A DNA stretch of 64,000 nucleotides from Azolla caroliniana (taxonomy: Eukaryota > Plantae > Polypodiophyta). The notes below the pieces were generated by a model. That model saw nothing but the letters and a program-made list of their open reading frames with translations. It did no database searches and had not been told where the DNA came from. The translations under genes were made by a program, and so were the position numbers. The stretch is taken from NCBI GenBank assembly GCA_043228905.1, contig JBHGNT010000008.1, positions 15,996,001 to 16,060,000 on the forward strand, given 5' to 3'. The number at the start of each line of letters is the position of its first letter. Position 1 is the first letter of the stretch. Below are positions 31,581-45,800 of this stretch, piece after piece.

Positions 31581-34500
31581 CTTCCCCTCTAGCTCAACTT
31601 GAGGTTCCGCATGCTCCTCCAGATCTTCGTTGTGGCTTCTCCTGGCTTCACGCCTCGCTCGCACTCCTCGACCTGTTCGATTCCGCGCTCTTCGACCCTT
31701 CTGGTCAGCTTGTCTACTTATGCAGCCCTTTTCAGCTCCCTTGTTGTCGCGGTGTTGGCGCCTCTTTCGCTGCCCTTTCCTCCACTTGGCCCTCAGTTGA
31801 TTCGTAATGTCCGAATCGAGCATTTCGATTGAATCGGACACTTCCGATTCAATTCCACTTTCACCCGAATTGGCTTTCTCCAATTCGTCTTCTGTCTTTA
31901 GGCCCTTGACAACATCAGACCATGTCTTGGTCTTGGCCTCTACACCCTTCTTTGTTGTATTTCCCTTTCGTTCGGTTGTCTTCGACTATTCCTTACGATT
32001 ACGGCCCCTATTCCCTTCTTGTTCGGCTTCTTCAGCCAGCTCGAAATCGAATTCTTCATTCGTTTTGGCATAGCGGTCACTACCGCTCCTTTCACGCTCC
32101 TGTTCCTATCTCCCCATCAAGTTAGGCATGTCGAGGTGAAGCAAACCCAACTCACCCGAGAAATGTCGTAACTTGTCGAGACCAAGGGGCTTGGTGAAGA
32201 TGTTGGCAATCTGCCGACCCGTCAGAACATACGCCAGTTCGACTTCACCAGAAAGGACACGCTCGCGGACAAAATGATAATGCACCTCAATGTGCTTGGT
32301 CCGGGCGTTGAACACAGGTTTCTTCGCAAGGTGGATGTTGCTGAGGTTGTCACAATAGATCATCGTTGGATCGGACACCTCGACATGCAAATCCTGTAAT
32401 AGTCGTTTCAACCAAATGACTTCGCACGTAGTGACAGCCGCCCCTCAATATTCGGCGTCCGTGCTCGACAACGCTACTGTCGGTTGCTTCTTACTGCTCC
32501 ACGCGATCGCCACACTTCCCAATGAGAATGCGTATCCGGATGTGGATCTACGATTGTGAGCATTTCCGGCCCAATCGGCATCCGTGCAACCGACTAACTA
32601 TGCGGCTAAGCCTGCACGATACAACAACGCCATATCTTTCGTGCCGTTGACATTTCCTAATATTCTTTGCCCTCACTAAAGGTGTTCGGTCGTGGGCGGC
32701 GACATAAATAGACTGATCATTCCGATTGGATAGTTGAGGTCGGGCTAAGTGATTGTCAAGTAAATGAGGCTTCCGACAATTGGACCAAACCGTGTCGGGT
32801 CGCACGCCTTTCCCGAGTCTCGGCGAAGCTTTATGTTTGTATCCAGAGGGGTCAAGATGGGCTTACAATCTGCCATCCCGAACTTGAAGAGCATATTTAG
32901 CGTGTAATGATGTTGATTGATCAATATGCCTTCGGGGGAACAGATCACTTCGATCACGAGGAAGTAATGAAGGTCTCCAAGATCCTTCATTTCGAATGAT
33001 GCCGCAACTTGAGACTTGACGCGGCCGATTTCTTCCAAGTTGGCACCGGCGATGACTGAATCATCAACATAAAGTAAAAGGCTAACCGGTCCATGTTTAG
33101 CTTGCCGAACAAATAATGAAGAGTCCGACTTGGACGTCGTAAACCCCATTCTACACAACCGTTGTGTAATCTTCGCGTTTCAAACTCGCGGGGCTTGCTT
33201 AAGTCCGTATAATGCCTTCTTCAATCGGTAGACTCACGAAGTGTTCTATTCAGATAGAAATCCGGGGGGTTGTACCATGTACACATGTTCCTCAAGATCT
33301 CCTTACAATAACGCAATTTTTACATCCATTTGATGTAAGTGCCACCCTTTCACCGCTGCTACGGCTAGAACTCGCATGGTAGTCATCTTCACGATTGGTG
33401 CGAAGTTCTCGTCGTAATCTACGTCGTGCTTCTGTATGTAGCCTTTCACAACCAAACAGACCTTATATCGGTTAACGGAGCCGTCAATGTTGTATTTCAC
33501 CTTATACACCCATCTACATCCGATCGGCTTGACACCCTTTGGTACGTCAACCAAGTCCCAACTCTCATTGTCTGTTAAAGCTCACATCTCTTCGTCCATC
33601 GCGGCACGCCAATTTGCGTCTTTTGCCACTTCTACGTAGCTCTCTTGTTCACGCACTTCTGCCACTCGTGTCATGTATGCATAATGGTGTGCCATGTATT
33701 CATTGTACCCGTACCTCTTTATGGGATTCGTCAGGCACGTAGATTGGCGTAATTCGTGATTACCCGATTTCATGGCCTTTTCGGCCGGTTTTGACTTCTT
33801 TTGTGGAGATTCCTTTTCGATAGTCCCGAAATTAAACTTGCTCCGATCTAACTCGACATTGCCAAAATCGTATTCCGACATTTTCTTCTTTCATTTTTCT
33901 TTATGCGTAAACCATCTCCTCGGTTCTTTACACGGGAACAACACGACCAAGCCTCCACTACTCGCCGGCTCTTCATTTGGTTGGCCTTCTCGGCCCAACC
34001 CCTCATTCGGCCCACCCAGCCGAAATGAGATCGGACTCTCTATCAGTGTTACGGGCATGACCATATAATATCCCGTGGTGAGAATTTACCGTAGTATTCT
34101 ATACATGTGGATAAGTGTGAGGGTTAAACGAGAGTGCAAAGAAGGGGACGATTACTTTTAATCTTCGGGATTGAGACAACCCATTAGGCCAAGTGTGAAC
34201 TTGCCTGGGGGCCTTGGGTATCACTATAAATAAGAGGCTTAGCTACCCTCATTTCATCATCTTTTGACTACGTTGAGACTCTGTTTCGTGGTGGTTCAAC
34301 TCTTGTAGCGAGCGTGCCAGCACCAGGTACGACTCGACGCCACGGCGGTGGTATGGGACGCCAATCGAGGCTCGAGTCCGTCTTGATCCCTTTGCTCAGG
34401 GGTGGTCAGGTGGATTAGCACCCTCCTTTCTCTCTCTCCTTTCTATCTATCTATCTATCATTCTTTTATCCTTATCATACGCTTACATTAGATCATATCT

Positions 34501-35690
34501 CTAAAAGTCAAAGCTCTGATTTCCTCATCACGCGAAGGCAACTTGTCCTCGTTGACCTCTTCTTCAGAATTCCGAATGGAGTCATGAGGTATTGGAGGTG
34601 AAGGCAAGTACCACGAAGTGGACTGGTCGAACATGACATCTTGGGTTACACGTACTTCCTTCGTACAAGGGTTATAGTAGGTATACCCCTTTTGTCCATC
34701 TAAATAGTCGACTAAGATGCACTTTTCGGCTTTAGCGTCCAGCTTCCTCTGTTTCTCCTTCTACACATGTACGTACGCGATGCTGTCGAAAATCCTCAAG
34801 TGTGCCAAGTTCGGCTTCTTGCCATAATACGACTCATGTGGTGACACTCTTCCATTAGCAGAGGTCCGATTCTGCAAGTAAACTGCAACCCTTACAGCTT
34901 CAACCTAGTAAAACTTCGGCATATGCTTCTCTTCAAGCATTGCCTTGGTGGCTTCTTCGATTGTTCGATTCTTCCGCTCGGCTACACCGTTCTGCCCCGG
35001 CGTATATCTACATGAGAATTCACGTCAAATTCCCTCCTGTAGATAACTCGTGAACTGGTTGGAAAAGTACTCCTTCCCGCCATCGAACCGTAGGCACTTG
35101 ATCTTACGTCCCGTTTCCCTTTCCGCGAGGCTCTTCACCTTCAGGAACCACGTCAAGACCTCGCTCTTTTTCATGATCAAGCATGCCCAGGTATGCCATG
35201 TGAAGTCATCGATGAAGGTTATGAAGTAACGGCTTCCACTGAGACTCACGTTCTGTGCCGGTCCCCACACATCCGAATGGATCAAATATAGGGATTTCGA
35301 CTACGATTACGCTCATTGGGGAATGGAAGTTGGTGCTACTTCAAGAGTTAGCAAGCTTCGCAGACTTGGCCATTGCGGCCCCGAAATTTCGGCAATCCGA
35401 AAACAATGTTCTTCGTCCGCATTTCACGAAATCGTGAGAAGTTAACGTGGCCGAACCGCTTGTGCCACAAGTCAACATCCGATTCGACCTTCTGTCCTTT
35501 CGCAAACAACGCGGTTCCGGGTTGGTTGGTGTCGAGGATGAACATCCTCCCTCCACGGCGCCCCTACGCAATTACTTTGCCTTCTTCTTCGATGTAGCAC
35601 CCGAGGTGCGTGAATCGAACTTGAATCCCCTGGTCGACGATCTGAACGATCGACACCAAGTTCTTGGTTATTTTCAGGATGTGCAACACG
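31581..35690 (-). pseudogene. A1 pol remnants (IN, RT, RNase H)
   Basis: IHSDVWGP, CRWVYKVK, LLYVDD and YCDN..HIEVHYHFVRE motifs with stops and frameshifts. Confidence 0.9.
34042..34500 (+). mobile_element. S3: ~450-bp solo-LTR-like insertion in A1 pol
   Basis: Interrupts the EESPISFRL region. TGTTAC at 34047 to CTTACA at 34487, with TATAAATA and a CT-rich tract. No clean TSD, so the boundaries are uncertain. Confidence 0.5.
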
Positions 35691-35928
35691 TGTTGGGAAA
35701 CTGGTCCCTCCGGATGGGATCCGGTTATGAATGAAGAGATCTGGAAGCCCAATCGGATGGACTCGGTGACAACCGGAAGAGATCTAGAAATTGGATCAGA
35801 TGTACCCAATGAGAACCGGAAGAGAAGACATAATTGTAAATATGCTTTGAGTAAGCCTATTGAGGCTATATTTGTAAATAGCCCTAAGTTCACATAAGTA
35901 TAAATATGACTTAGGGCAATCACATAAG

Positions 35929-38900
35929 TTTTGGGAGTAAGTGTCGAGGCTCATTTATGAGCAGTCAAGTACTGTCAGTACTTGTGTCAGCCCATTGTCA
36001 GGGCTTGTATAAAAGTGCTCACTAAGCACATCCTATCTACAGTGTGAATATTATTTCTTAAATTTAAGTTCTTGTGTTACTCTCTCTCTGTCTCTCCTGT
36101 GCGTACTGTAAAAACCTAAGCTCTCCATTAAACCTATGTTTTCTGTTGTTCGGTTTTCCTATATTGCTTCCGCACACCATTCTTTTCATGGTATCAGAAC
36201 GAGAGGGTTGAGAACCTCTGGAGCTGACTTTGCTTGAAGGAAAAACCAACGAAGAAGAACAAGAAAACCGATGGACAAAGGAATGGCTAGCTCGCTTCCA
36301 ACGGAGAAGCTCAACAGAACCAACTACGCATCTTGGTCCTACAAGATGCACCAGTACCTGCTCGGACATGGTTACTGGAGCTATGTCAATGGAGCAAATG
36401 ACACAGTACCCGATTCGACACACAAAGACTTCCCGGCGTGGGAACAATCGGCGAGAAGAGTGTTATACTACTTCGCGTCTTGTGTGGGTGAACAGTTGCT
36501 AAGCTACGTTCGGGATGCAAAAACGCCGAAGGGTGCATGGGAAAATCTAAAGAAGATTTTCGCCGCGAGCACCACAACCAGGAAGCTTCAGCTTCGACAG
36601 GAGTTGAGCAACCTACGACAACGCGATTTGTCGGTGGCTAACTATACCTCGAGGATTAAGGACATATGCTACTCCTTAGCTTCCTTCGATGTGAACATCG
36701 AGGAGAGAGAGATGGTCCAGGTCTATCTCGGAGGTTTGGCGTCAAAGTTTGGGGCGTTCCGAACTGCAGTGTGTACCCAGGAGAATACGACGTCCTTTTT
36801 CGACTTACAGTCGATGCTCTTGGTAGAGGAGAACCACGCAAATGCGTCGACGAGCACGCACACCGACAGCAAGATGTTGTACACGGAGGGAGAAAGGCCC
36901 CGTGGTCGTGGCGGACGAGGGGAGTCGGTACGCAATGGAAGCGGCCGACGGGATCAAGGAAGAACGCATTGAAGTAATGCCAACAGCAATTCCGGACCCT
37001 CCGGAAACAGGGGGAGTCGAGGCGACGAGAACCAGAAAGGGAAATCCGCCACGGAATGTTGGTACTGTGGCAAGAAAGGCCACAGGGAGAGCGAGTGCTG
37101 GAAGAAGCACGCCGAGTCGGAGAGGTCTGGTTCCGGACATACCGACAAAGGAAATCGGCAGTGATTGCACTACGCCGAAGGATCCGGAAAAGCCGGAAAA
37201 GGGCCAGAGTTCATGACGAGACACGAAGCAAACTCAATGAAACAGCCCGCCCCGAAATTAGACGAGGTGTGGTATGTCGACTCCGGCGCGTCAAACCACA
37301 TGACGTGCCACAACGAGTGGTTCTCATACCTTGAGAAACCGACGCAACCAGGAGTAGTCGCAAGTGGAGACGACACTCCGCATCCGATCGCGAATGTCGG
37401 TGAAGTTCCCTTGAGCCATGTAGGGCAGAAAGGGAAACTTATGAACGTGTTACACGTCCTGACCATCACGAAGAATCTGGTGTCGGTCGGGCAGATCGTC
37501 GACCAGGGGATGCAGGTTCGGTTTACGCATCTTGGGTGCTTCATTGAGGAAGAAGGCCGTATTATTGCGCAAGGGCGCAGAGATGGGAGGATGTTTATCC
37601 TCGACTCTACTGACGGTGGCACCGCAATGTTCGCAAAGGGACAAAAAGTCAAGTCGGACATCGACTTATGGCACAAACAGATAGGCCACGTCAACTACCA
37701 ACGGCTTCAAGACCTGCAATCGAAATGCCCAAATTTAGTGGCCGGAAGGCACAAATTTGTGAAGCCTGCCAGCTTGGGAAGCAACACCGACTTCCTTTCC
37801 CAAACGAGCGTAACCGGAGCCGGAACAAGCTAGACTTGATTCACTCTCACGTGTGGGGGCCGGCACAAAACGTTACTCTTGGCGGGAGCCGATATTTTGT
37901 CTCCTTCATCGACGACTACACGCGGCACACGTGGATCTACCTCATTGAGAGGAAAAGTGAAGTCTTCGACTCTTTCCAGGACCTCAAAGGGTTCGTGGAA
38001 ACGGAAACAGGAAGAAAGATCAAGTGCCTGCGGTCAGATGGCGGAAAAGAATACTTTTCCGATCAATTCAACGGTTATCTACAACATATGGGAATTCGAC
38101 ACGAATTCAGTTGTAGATACACGCCAGAGCAAAACGGCGTGGCGGAGAGAAAAAATCGGTCGATTGTGGAAGCTGCACACGCAATGCTAGAGGAGAAGAG
38201 CTTGCCCAAGTTCCATTGGGCCGAGGCGGTAAGAACTGCGGTATACATCCAGAACCGGATTGGAGAAAAAGTGTCGGCGCACGAGTTATACTTTGGAACA
38301 AAGCCGAACTTGTGACATTTACGAGTTTTTGGTAGCATTGCGTATGTACATGTGCCGAAGGAGAAAAGGAGGAAGTTGAACGCAAAAGCCGAGAAGTGTA
38401 TCTTGGTCGGCTATTCGGACGAGCAAAAGGGTTATAAGTGCTATAACCCGAGTACCAAACAACCGCGACGTTGTGTTTGATGAGTCCACGTCCTGGTACT
38501 TGCCTCCGACTCCGGATCTCACCTCCAATCCGAGTTCTGACGATGAGGACAATGAGGCCAAGGTGCCTCCGGCTGAGCCTGAGATCGGGACCCCCGAAGA
38601 GAGTCCAATTTCATTTCGGTTAAGTGGACCGAATGGACGACTAAGTCGGTACGACCAGTCCGATGAAGAGCTGACGAGTAGTGGAGACTCGGCCGTGCAT
38701 TCCCCGCGTAGGAAGCCGAGGAGACAGCTTACGCGTGAAGAGAAAGGGAAGAAGAAGATGTCGTATTCCAGCACGGATAGGAACGAGTCAGACCAATGCG
38801 AGTCCGACTCCGAGGGAAGCGGCGACGGGCCTTCAGGAACGAAGTCCGCGTCGGCCGAGAAGACCTCGACATCGGCAAATGACCGTTTACGCCGATCTAC

Positions 38901-41378
38901 CCGCCAAAAGAACCTAGTTGTGCGGTTTGGATACAACGAGTACATGGCGCATCACTATGCGTACATGACCTGTGTAGCAGAAGTGCGTGAGCCGGGGAGC
39001 TACGCAGAAGCGGCGAAGGACGCGAATTGGCGCGCCGCGATGGAGGAAGAGATGCACGCGTTGGCGGAAAACGAGACCTGGGACCTGGTTGACGCACCGA
39101 AGGGTGTGAAGCCGATCGGATGTAGGTGGGTGTACAAGGTCAAGTACAACACCGACGGCTCGGTCAACCGATACAAGGCCCGGTTAGTGGCAAAAGGCTA
39201 CGCGCAGAAACACAACATCGACTACGATGAGACGTTTGCGTCGGTCGCAAAGATGACGACCGTCCGTGTTTTGCTCGCAGTAGCTTCGGCCAAGGGGTGG
39301 CACCTATATCAGATGGATGTAAAGAATGCATTCCTACAAGGTGAGCTTGAGGACCAAGTGTACATGGTACAGACCCCCGGATTTCACTACGGACCGAACA
39401 CGTCGACAGTATGCCGATTGAAGAAGTCCCTTTACGGACTGAAGCAAGCCCCGCATGCCTGGAATGCAAAAATCACGCATCGGCTACGTCAGATGGGTTT
39501 TGCAACGTCAAAATCGGACTCCTCGTTGTTCATTCGGAAAGGTCGACTTGGGCCGGTCAGTGTTTTACTCTATGTTGATGACTTGGTCATCACCGGCACC
39601 GACCTAGGTGAGATTAACCGCGTGAAGCTCCAGCTTGCGGCATCATTCAACATGAAGGATCTGGGGGACCTTCATTACTTCCTCGGGATCGAAGTGATCC
39701 GTCATTACGCGCTGAATATGCTCTTCAAATTCGGGATGGCAGACTGTAAGTCCGTCTCGACTCCTCTGGACAGAACTATCAAGCTTCGCCCCAATTCCGT
39801 CAAGGTTTGCGATCCGACAAGGTTCTGACAAGTTGTTGGAAGCCTTATCTACTTGACCATCACCCGACCCGATCTCAGTTATCCGGTCGGTGTGATCAGT
39901 CAGTTCATGGCGCGACCTACCGAGGAGCACCTTCAGTGTGCGCAATGCATAATGCGGTACGTAAGCGGCACTAAGGACCGCGGACTGTTATATCAGACCG
40001 ATACAGCCCCGCAGCAGTTGGTCGGCTACACTGATGCCGACTGGGCCGGCAATGTCACCGATCGTCGATCCACGTCCGGACATGCATTCTCTCTTGGGAG
40101 TGCCGCGATAGCGTGGAGTAGCAAGAAGTAGCCGACAGTTGCATTGTCGAGCACAGAAGCCGAGTATAGAGGAGTGGCTGTCGCAACATGCGAAGCCATA
40201 TGGTTGAAGCGGCTACTTAAGGATTTGCAGGTGGAGGTGTCTGATCCAACGACGATCTACTGCGACAACCTCAGCAGCATCCAACTCGCGAAGAACCCCA
40301 TCTTCCACGCACGGACCAAGCACATTGAGGTGCACTACCATTTTGTCCGTGAGCGTGTCCTTTCTAGTGAAGTCGAACTTCAATATGTTCCGACGGATGG
40401 CCAGACCACCGACATCTTCACCAAGCCTCTTGGTCTGGACAAGTTGCAGCAATTTTCGGGTGCGCTTGGGTTGCGTCACTTCGACGTGCCGAACTTGAAG
40501 GGGAGAAACGTTCCAGATGACCATGAAAGGGAGTAGGAAAGGAGCGGAAAAGACCTCGGATCGGCTGAAGAAGCCGAGAGCGGATCCGCGGAAGAGTCCA
40601 AAAGCGGACACAAGGGGAGCAGACGAAAGAAAGAGCCAAAGCCAACCAGGCATGGGGGAGCCGAGAAGACCGGAGACGAGTTGGAGACAGCCAACTCGGA
40701 CGAGTGCGAAAACCGATCGGAGGTAGCCGAGTCGGTTTGGATGTTTGATTCAGATACACTGAATCGACTGAGGGCCAAGCGGAAAAGAAGGCAGCAGGAG
40801 AAGCGCCAACACCGCGACAGCAAGGGAGCAGACAAGCCGGCCAGAAGGGTCGAAGCGCGCGGAGTCGAACAGGCCGAGGAGCGCGAGTGAGGCGTGGAGC
40901 TAGGAGAAGCCGAAGCGTAGGTCCGGCAGAGTAGGCGGAACCTCAAGTTGAGCTTGAGGGGGAGTGTTGAGAGACAAGCTCTACATTTGTGTGTAATACG
41001 ATGCGTAACCAGTGCGTAGACTGGGTTCACAAAACCGGTACGCAGACCGGTACGTAGAAAGGTCGTATCGGTGCGTAGACCAAAAGGCCATTAGAAAAAT
41101 ATTCCTCGTAAGGAATAGTTTTGGGAGTAAGTGTCGAGGCTCATTTATGAGCAGTCAAGTACTGTCAGTACTTGTGTCAGCCCATTGTTAGGGCTTGTAT
41201 AAAAGTGCTCACTGAGCACATCCTATCTACAGTGTGAGTATTATTTCTTAAATTTAAGTTCTTGTGTTACTCTCTCTCTGTCTCTCCTGTGCGTACTGTA
41301 AAAACCTAAGCTCTCCATTAAACTTGTGATTTCTATTGTTCAGTTTTCCTATATTGCTTCCGCACGCCATTCTTTTCA
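35929..41378 (+). mobile_element. A2: decayed copia (family A) inserted in the B1 5' LTR
   Basis: 5'-truncated LTR 35929-36188, PBS TGGTATCAGA 36189-36198, PPT GAGGGGGAG, 3' LTR 40965-41378. Confidence 0.93.
36271..40964 (+). pseudogene. A2 gag-pol with stops and frameshifts
   Basis: Gag KLNRTNYASWSYKM, knuckle CWYCGKKGHRESEC, PR WYVDSGASNHM, IN LRSDGGKEY / QNGVAER, RT LYVDD, RNase H YTDADWAG / YCDN. Confidence 0.93.
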
Positions 41379-42630
41379 GTTCGGAGTCTATGGGCTCCTA
41401 TGGTTTTTCCCATTTAGGGTTTTCCACGTAAACATCTTGTGTACTCTCTTTTGGTGTACGTGTAATCATCTCTATTCTCGTTTTTGTGTTTGATCATTAA
41501 ACGAAGTGATTCAAGACTTGGTTGTGGCCGAGCAATATTCCGCGCTATTCTCATCAAACTGGTATTAGAGCAAACAATACAGGAAATGGAAGAATCGTTC
41601 GGCGGCATGTTCAAGCTCATCGGCTCCAACTACTCAATGTGGAAGTCAAAGATGAGGGATATGTTGGTGGTTAAAGATCTTTGGTTGCCGGTTCAATTCG
41701 GGGGCAAGGGACCGGATAAGATCAACGCCATAGTGTGGGAGGTAACGCACATGAAGACGATGGCATACATTCGGTGCTTCATCGACATGAGCCTGTACAA
41801 TAGCTTCAATGAAGAAAGTAAGGCTCATGAACTCTAGGAGAAGATAGGCATCATGTTCCAGAACAAGAATGTTGTCAATCGGGTTTCGGTATTCTGAAAG
41901 CTAGTGAGGCTTCGGTACCAAGATGGCTCCTATATGGCAGAGCACATGAATTTCTTCAAGGGGCTAATACATGAAGCAACCTTGTTGGAAGTACCTCTCG
42001 CCGATGAGGTACTCACATTGCTTCTGCTCGGTTCCCTCCCGGATAGCTGGGAAACGTTAGTTGTCACGTTGGGTAATGTCGGGCCGGAAGTAAAGTAGTT
42101 GTCCCTAGCAAGGGTAAAATCAAGCTTGCTAGATGAAGAAGCTCACCGGAAGGACCGGGAGACCGGAACCAATCCAAAGGCCTTCGTCACGAAAGATGAC
42201 CATACCCGAGGAAGAGGCCGGTATCAGAGTCCCCAAAATCGGGACAAGTTGGGGACGAGGTCGAAGTCAAGGGCAGGCCTACTTGCTTCTACTACCCAAA
42301 CAGGGAAAAACCACGGCAGCCCATAGGCTGCAAACTATCACTATGTTAGGATGTACAACAGTGAGTTCACGGAGGCAACGACCTCGTGCTCACAATCTTC
42401 GCCACAGGCGGCGGTTACAACAGAGGCAACGACCTCTTTCTCTCTCTCTCTCTGTACACAATTACACGCTCTCTCTCTCCTTGCACCAAGAAGAATGACA
42501 ACTACTATAAAAGTTTGCCCTAAGTCATATTTATACTAATATGACTTTTCGGCTATTTACAAATATAGCCACGATGGACTCTCAGAAACATATTTACAAA
42601 TATGTCTCTTCATCCGGTGAGCATTCCTCA

Positions 42631-42840
42631 CCGGGTCTGCACCATCCGGCTCTCCGTAGTCGGGTACTCCTCATCCGGTTCCCACCGGGTCTGCACCATC
42701 CGGCTCTCCGTAGCCGGGTACTCCTCATCCGGTTCTCACGGGGTATGCACCATCCGGCTCTCCGTAGTCTGGTACTCCTCATCCGGTTCTCACCGGGTCT
42801 GCACCATCCGGCTCTCCGTAGCCGGGTACTCCCCATCCGG
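42631..42840. repeat. 54-bp tandem repeat, about 4 copies, in the B2 3' LTR
   Basis: Unit CCGGGTCTGCACCATCCGGCTCTCCGTAGCCGGGTACTCCTCATCCGGTTCTCA. Confidence 0.9.
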
Positions 42841-42869
42841 AGGGACCTGTCTCCCAACAAACTCCCCCT

Positions 42870-45800
42870 TCACTCCGGCATGGGGTGTCTTACCAGTCTG
42901 ATCCGCTTCCGGCATGCATCCAGCTTGTCAGGTATCAAAACTTTGGTCAGCATATCTGACCCGTTCTCGGCCGTGTGGATCTTCGTCGGCGTGAACTCCT
43001 GGTCATCTACTCTTTCCCGGATCCAGTGATACCTTCGCTAGATATGCTTCGTTCGGGAATGGTAGGCCGCATTCTTAGCAAGGTGGATGGCACTTTGACT
43101 GTCGCGATAGAGTCGGTATTCATCTTACCGGATACCGAGCTCTCCGATGAAGTCCTTCATCCATAAGATTTCCTTGCCGGCTTCCAGAGCTGCCATGTAC
43201 TCTGCCTCCGTGGTTGACAATGCAACCGTCTTCTGCAGTCTCGACTGCCATGAAACAGCTCCCCCTGCATATGTCATTACATACCCGGATGTAGACCGGC
43301 TGGTATCCACATCAGCCGATATGTCCGAATCGTTGAGGTTTTCCGGAGCTGAATCAGATACACATATTTGAAGTTCCCTTCAAATACCGGAGTATCCATT
43401 TGACTGCATTCCAGTGCTCCTTGTCGGGATTGCTCATGAACCAGCTCACCACTCCGACTGCGTATCCTATATTTGGTCGGGTGCACACCATTGCATACAT
43501 CAAGCTCCCAATGGCAGAGGCATATGGAATCTTCATCATATCCGCCTTCTCTGTTTTTGTCTTCGGGCTTTGCTTACCGGATAGCCTGCAGTTTGCCGGA
43601 AGTGTCGATCCGACCGGTTTCGCATCTGACATGTTGAACCGGTGAAGCACCTTTGTCATGTACTTCTCCTGTGACAGCCATAATTGCTTCGCTGACCGGT
43701 TCCGGATAATATGCATCCCCATCATCTGTCGTGCTGGACCCAAGTCTTTCATTGAGAAGGTCCGGTTGAGAGCCTTCTTCAGCATCCGTATTTTGACTTG
43801 GTCCCGTCCAACGATCAACATGTCATCCACATACAGAAGGAGTATTAGGAAATCGCCTCCTTCAAACTTCTTCACAAACACGGAGTGATCGGCCTGCGTC
43901 TTGTGGTACCCTTGATCAGTCATGAAGGAGTCGAACTTCCGGTACCATTGCCGGGGGGCCTGCTTCAACCCGTAGAGGCTATTCTTCAACCGGCATACCA
44001 GGTGCTCCTTCCCTTTCTCCACGAATCCTTCCGGTTGCTGCATGTAGATCTCCTCTTCGAGGTCTCCGTGAAGGAATGTCGTCTTCACGTCCAGCTGCTC
44101 TACCTCAAGGTTCATGCTTGCCGCTATACTCAGCACCGTCCGGATGGAGGTCATCTTTACAACCGGGGCAAATATCTCGTCAAAGTCCATGCCCTTTTTC
44201 TGTTGGAACCCCTTCACCGCGATCCTGGCTTTGTATCTCGGGGGGTTGCCGGCATCTCCTGGTTTCAACTTGTACACCCACTTGTTTCGGAGTGCCCGCT
44301 TTCCTTTCGGCAACTCCACCAATTTGTACGTATGGTTCTCATGCAGGGAATCCATCTCATCCTGCATGGCACTTAACCATTTGCGGTTGTGGGTGTCATC
44401 CTTCGCTTCTTCGAAACTTTCTGGCTCATCCTCATCGGTCAGCAGAACATGCTCTGCATCCGGAAATCTCCAGGGGGCCCTTCTCTCTCTGAGAGGATAT
44501 CTCCGTCTTCGGGCTTCCGTAACCGGTTCCTCCATTTGCTCTTCATCCGAATCCGATTCGGGGTCTTGGCCGGTTCCAGTCTCAGCTTCCTCTACTTCTT
44601 CTTCTGTCGGTTCAGTATCCTCACCGTAACCGGCTGGTTCCTCGAGTGCTAACCGGTCTCTTGCCGGTTGGGTCTGCTCATCGTAGAGTCTATCCTTACC
44701 GGTCGACTCGGAGTTCATTATCTTCTTCTTCGACTCCCAGTCGGCGAGCGTCTTGTCCTCCATGAAGATAATATCTCGACTCCGGGATACCTTCTTGTCC
44801 ACCAGGTCCAACACTCGGTAGCCGAACTCATCGTCACCGTAACCGAGGAATATGCATGCCCGGGTCTTTGGATCTAACTTTCCTCTCCGGTCCTTAGCTA
44901 CATGCACGTACGCGAGACACCCGAACACCATCAGATGCCGGTAGGACACTTCCTTACTGGTCCATACTCTCTGTGGCGTGTCTCCGTCCAAGGGTACTGA
45001 GGGTGATCTGTTTATCACATATGTCGTCGTCGACAGTGCCTCAGCCCAAAACTTCTTGGGTAGTTTTGCATGCGCGAGCATACTTCGGACCCTCTCCATT
45101 ATGGTCCGGTTCATCCTCTCGGCCAGTTCGTTTAGTTCCGGCGTCTTCGGCACGGTAAATTCGAGCCGGATTCCCTTCGAGCGACAGTACTCCTCGAACT
45201 GCCCCCGGTATTCACCTCCGTTATTTGCTCGAACCGCCATCAGCTTCCGGCCGGTTTCTCTTTCCACTCTCACGTGGAGCTCTTTGAACACGGATAACAC
45301 CTGATCCTTTGTCTTCAACGGTGTGGCCCACAGCTTTCAGCGGTGGTCATCTATGAACGTCACGAAGTACTGCGCTCCGGCATGTGACTTCGTGTCTACT
45401 TGACACACATCAATATGCACCAACTCCAGTGGTGCATTACATCTCATCGGTGGCCTTAGTCAAAAGGAGGTCCGGTTTTGCTTACTGGCTAGACAATCAG
45501 TGCACTTCTCCAAGTGCACATTCTTCACTGGAATGAGGTTGTCTTCTGCAAGCCTCTTCATCCCCTTCTCGCTCATGTGACACAGCTTCTTGTGCCACAG
45601 CTCACCAGCAGTGTTGGATGCCACATTCACTTCTTCCGGACATAACCGGGCATTCATCAGGTACAGAGTGTTGACCTTCCGGGCCCGAGCCACAATCAGG
45701 CTCCCCTTGCTGAACTTCATGACACCGTTCCGGATGCTACCCGTGTAGCCTTCATCATCTAGCCGACCGGCTGATATCAGGTTTAGTCTAACCTCCGGAA

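Noticed and set aside
42631-42840. CRISPR-like array
   Set aside because: The units are contiguous 54-bp tandem repeats without unique spacers, they lie inside an LTR, there are no cas genes, and the context is eukaryotic.
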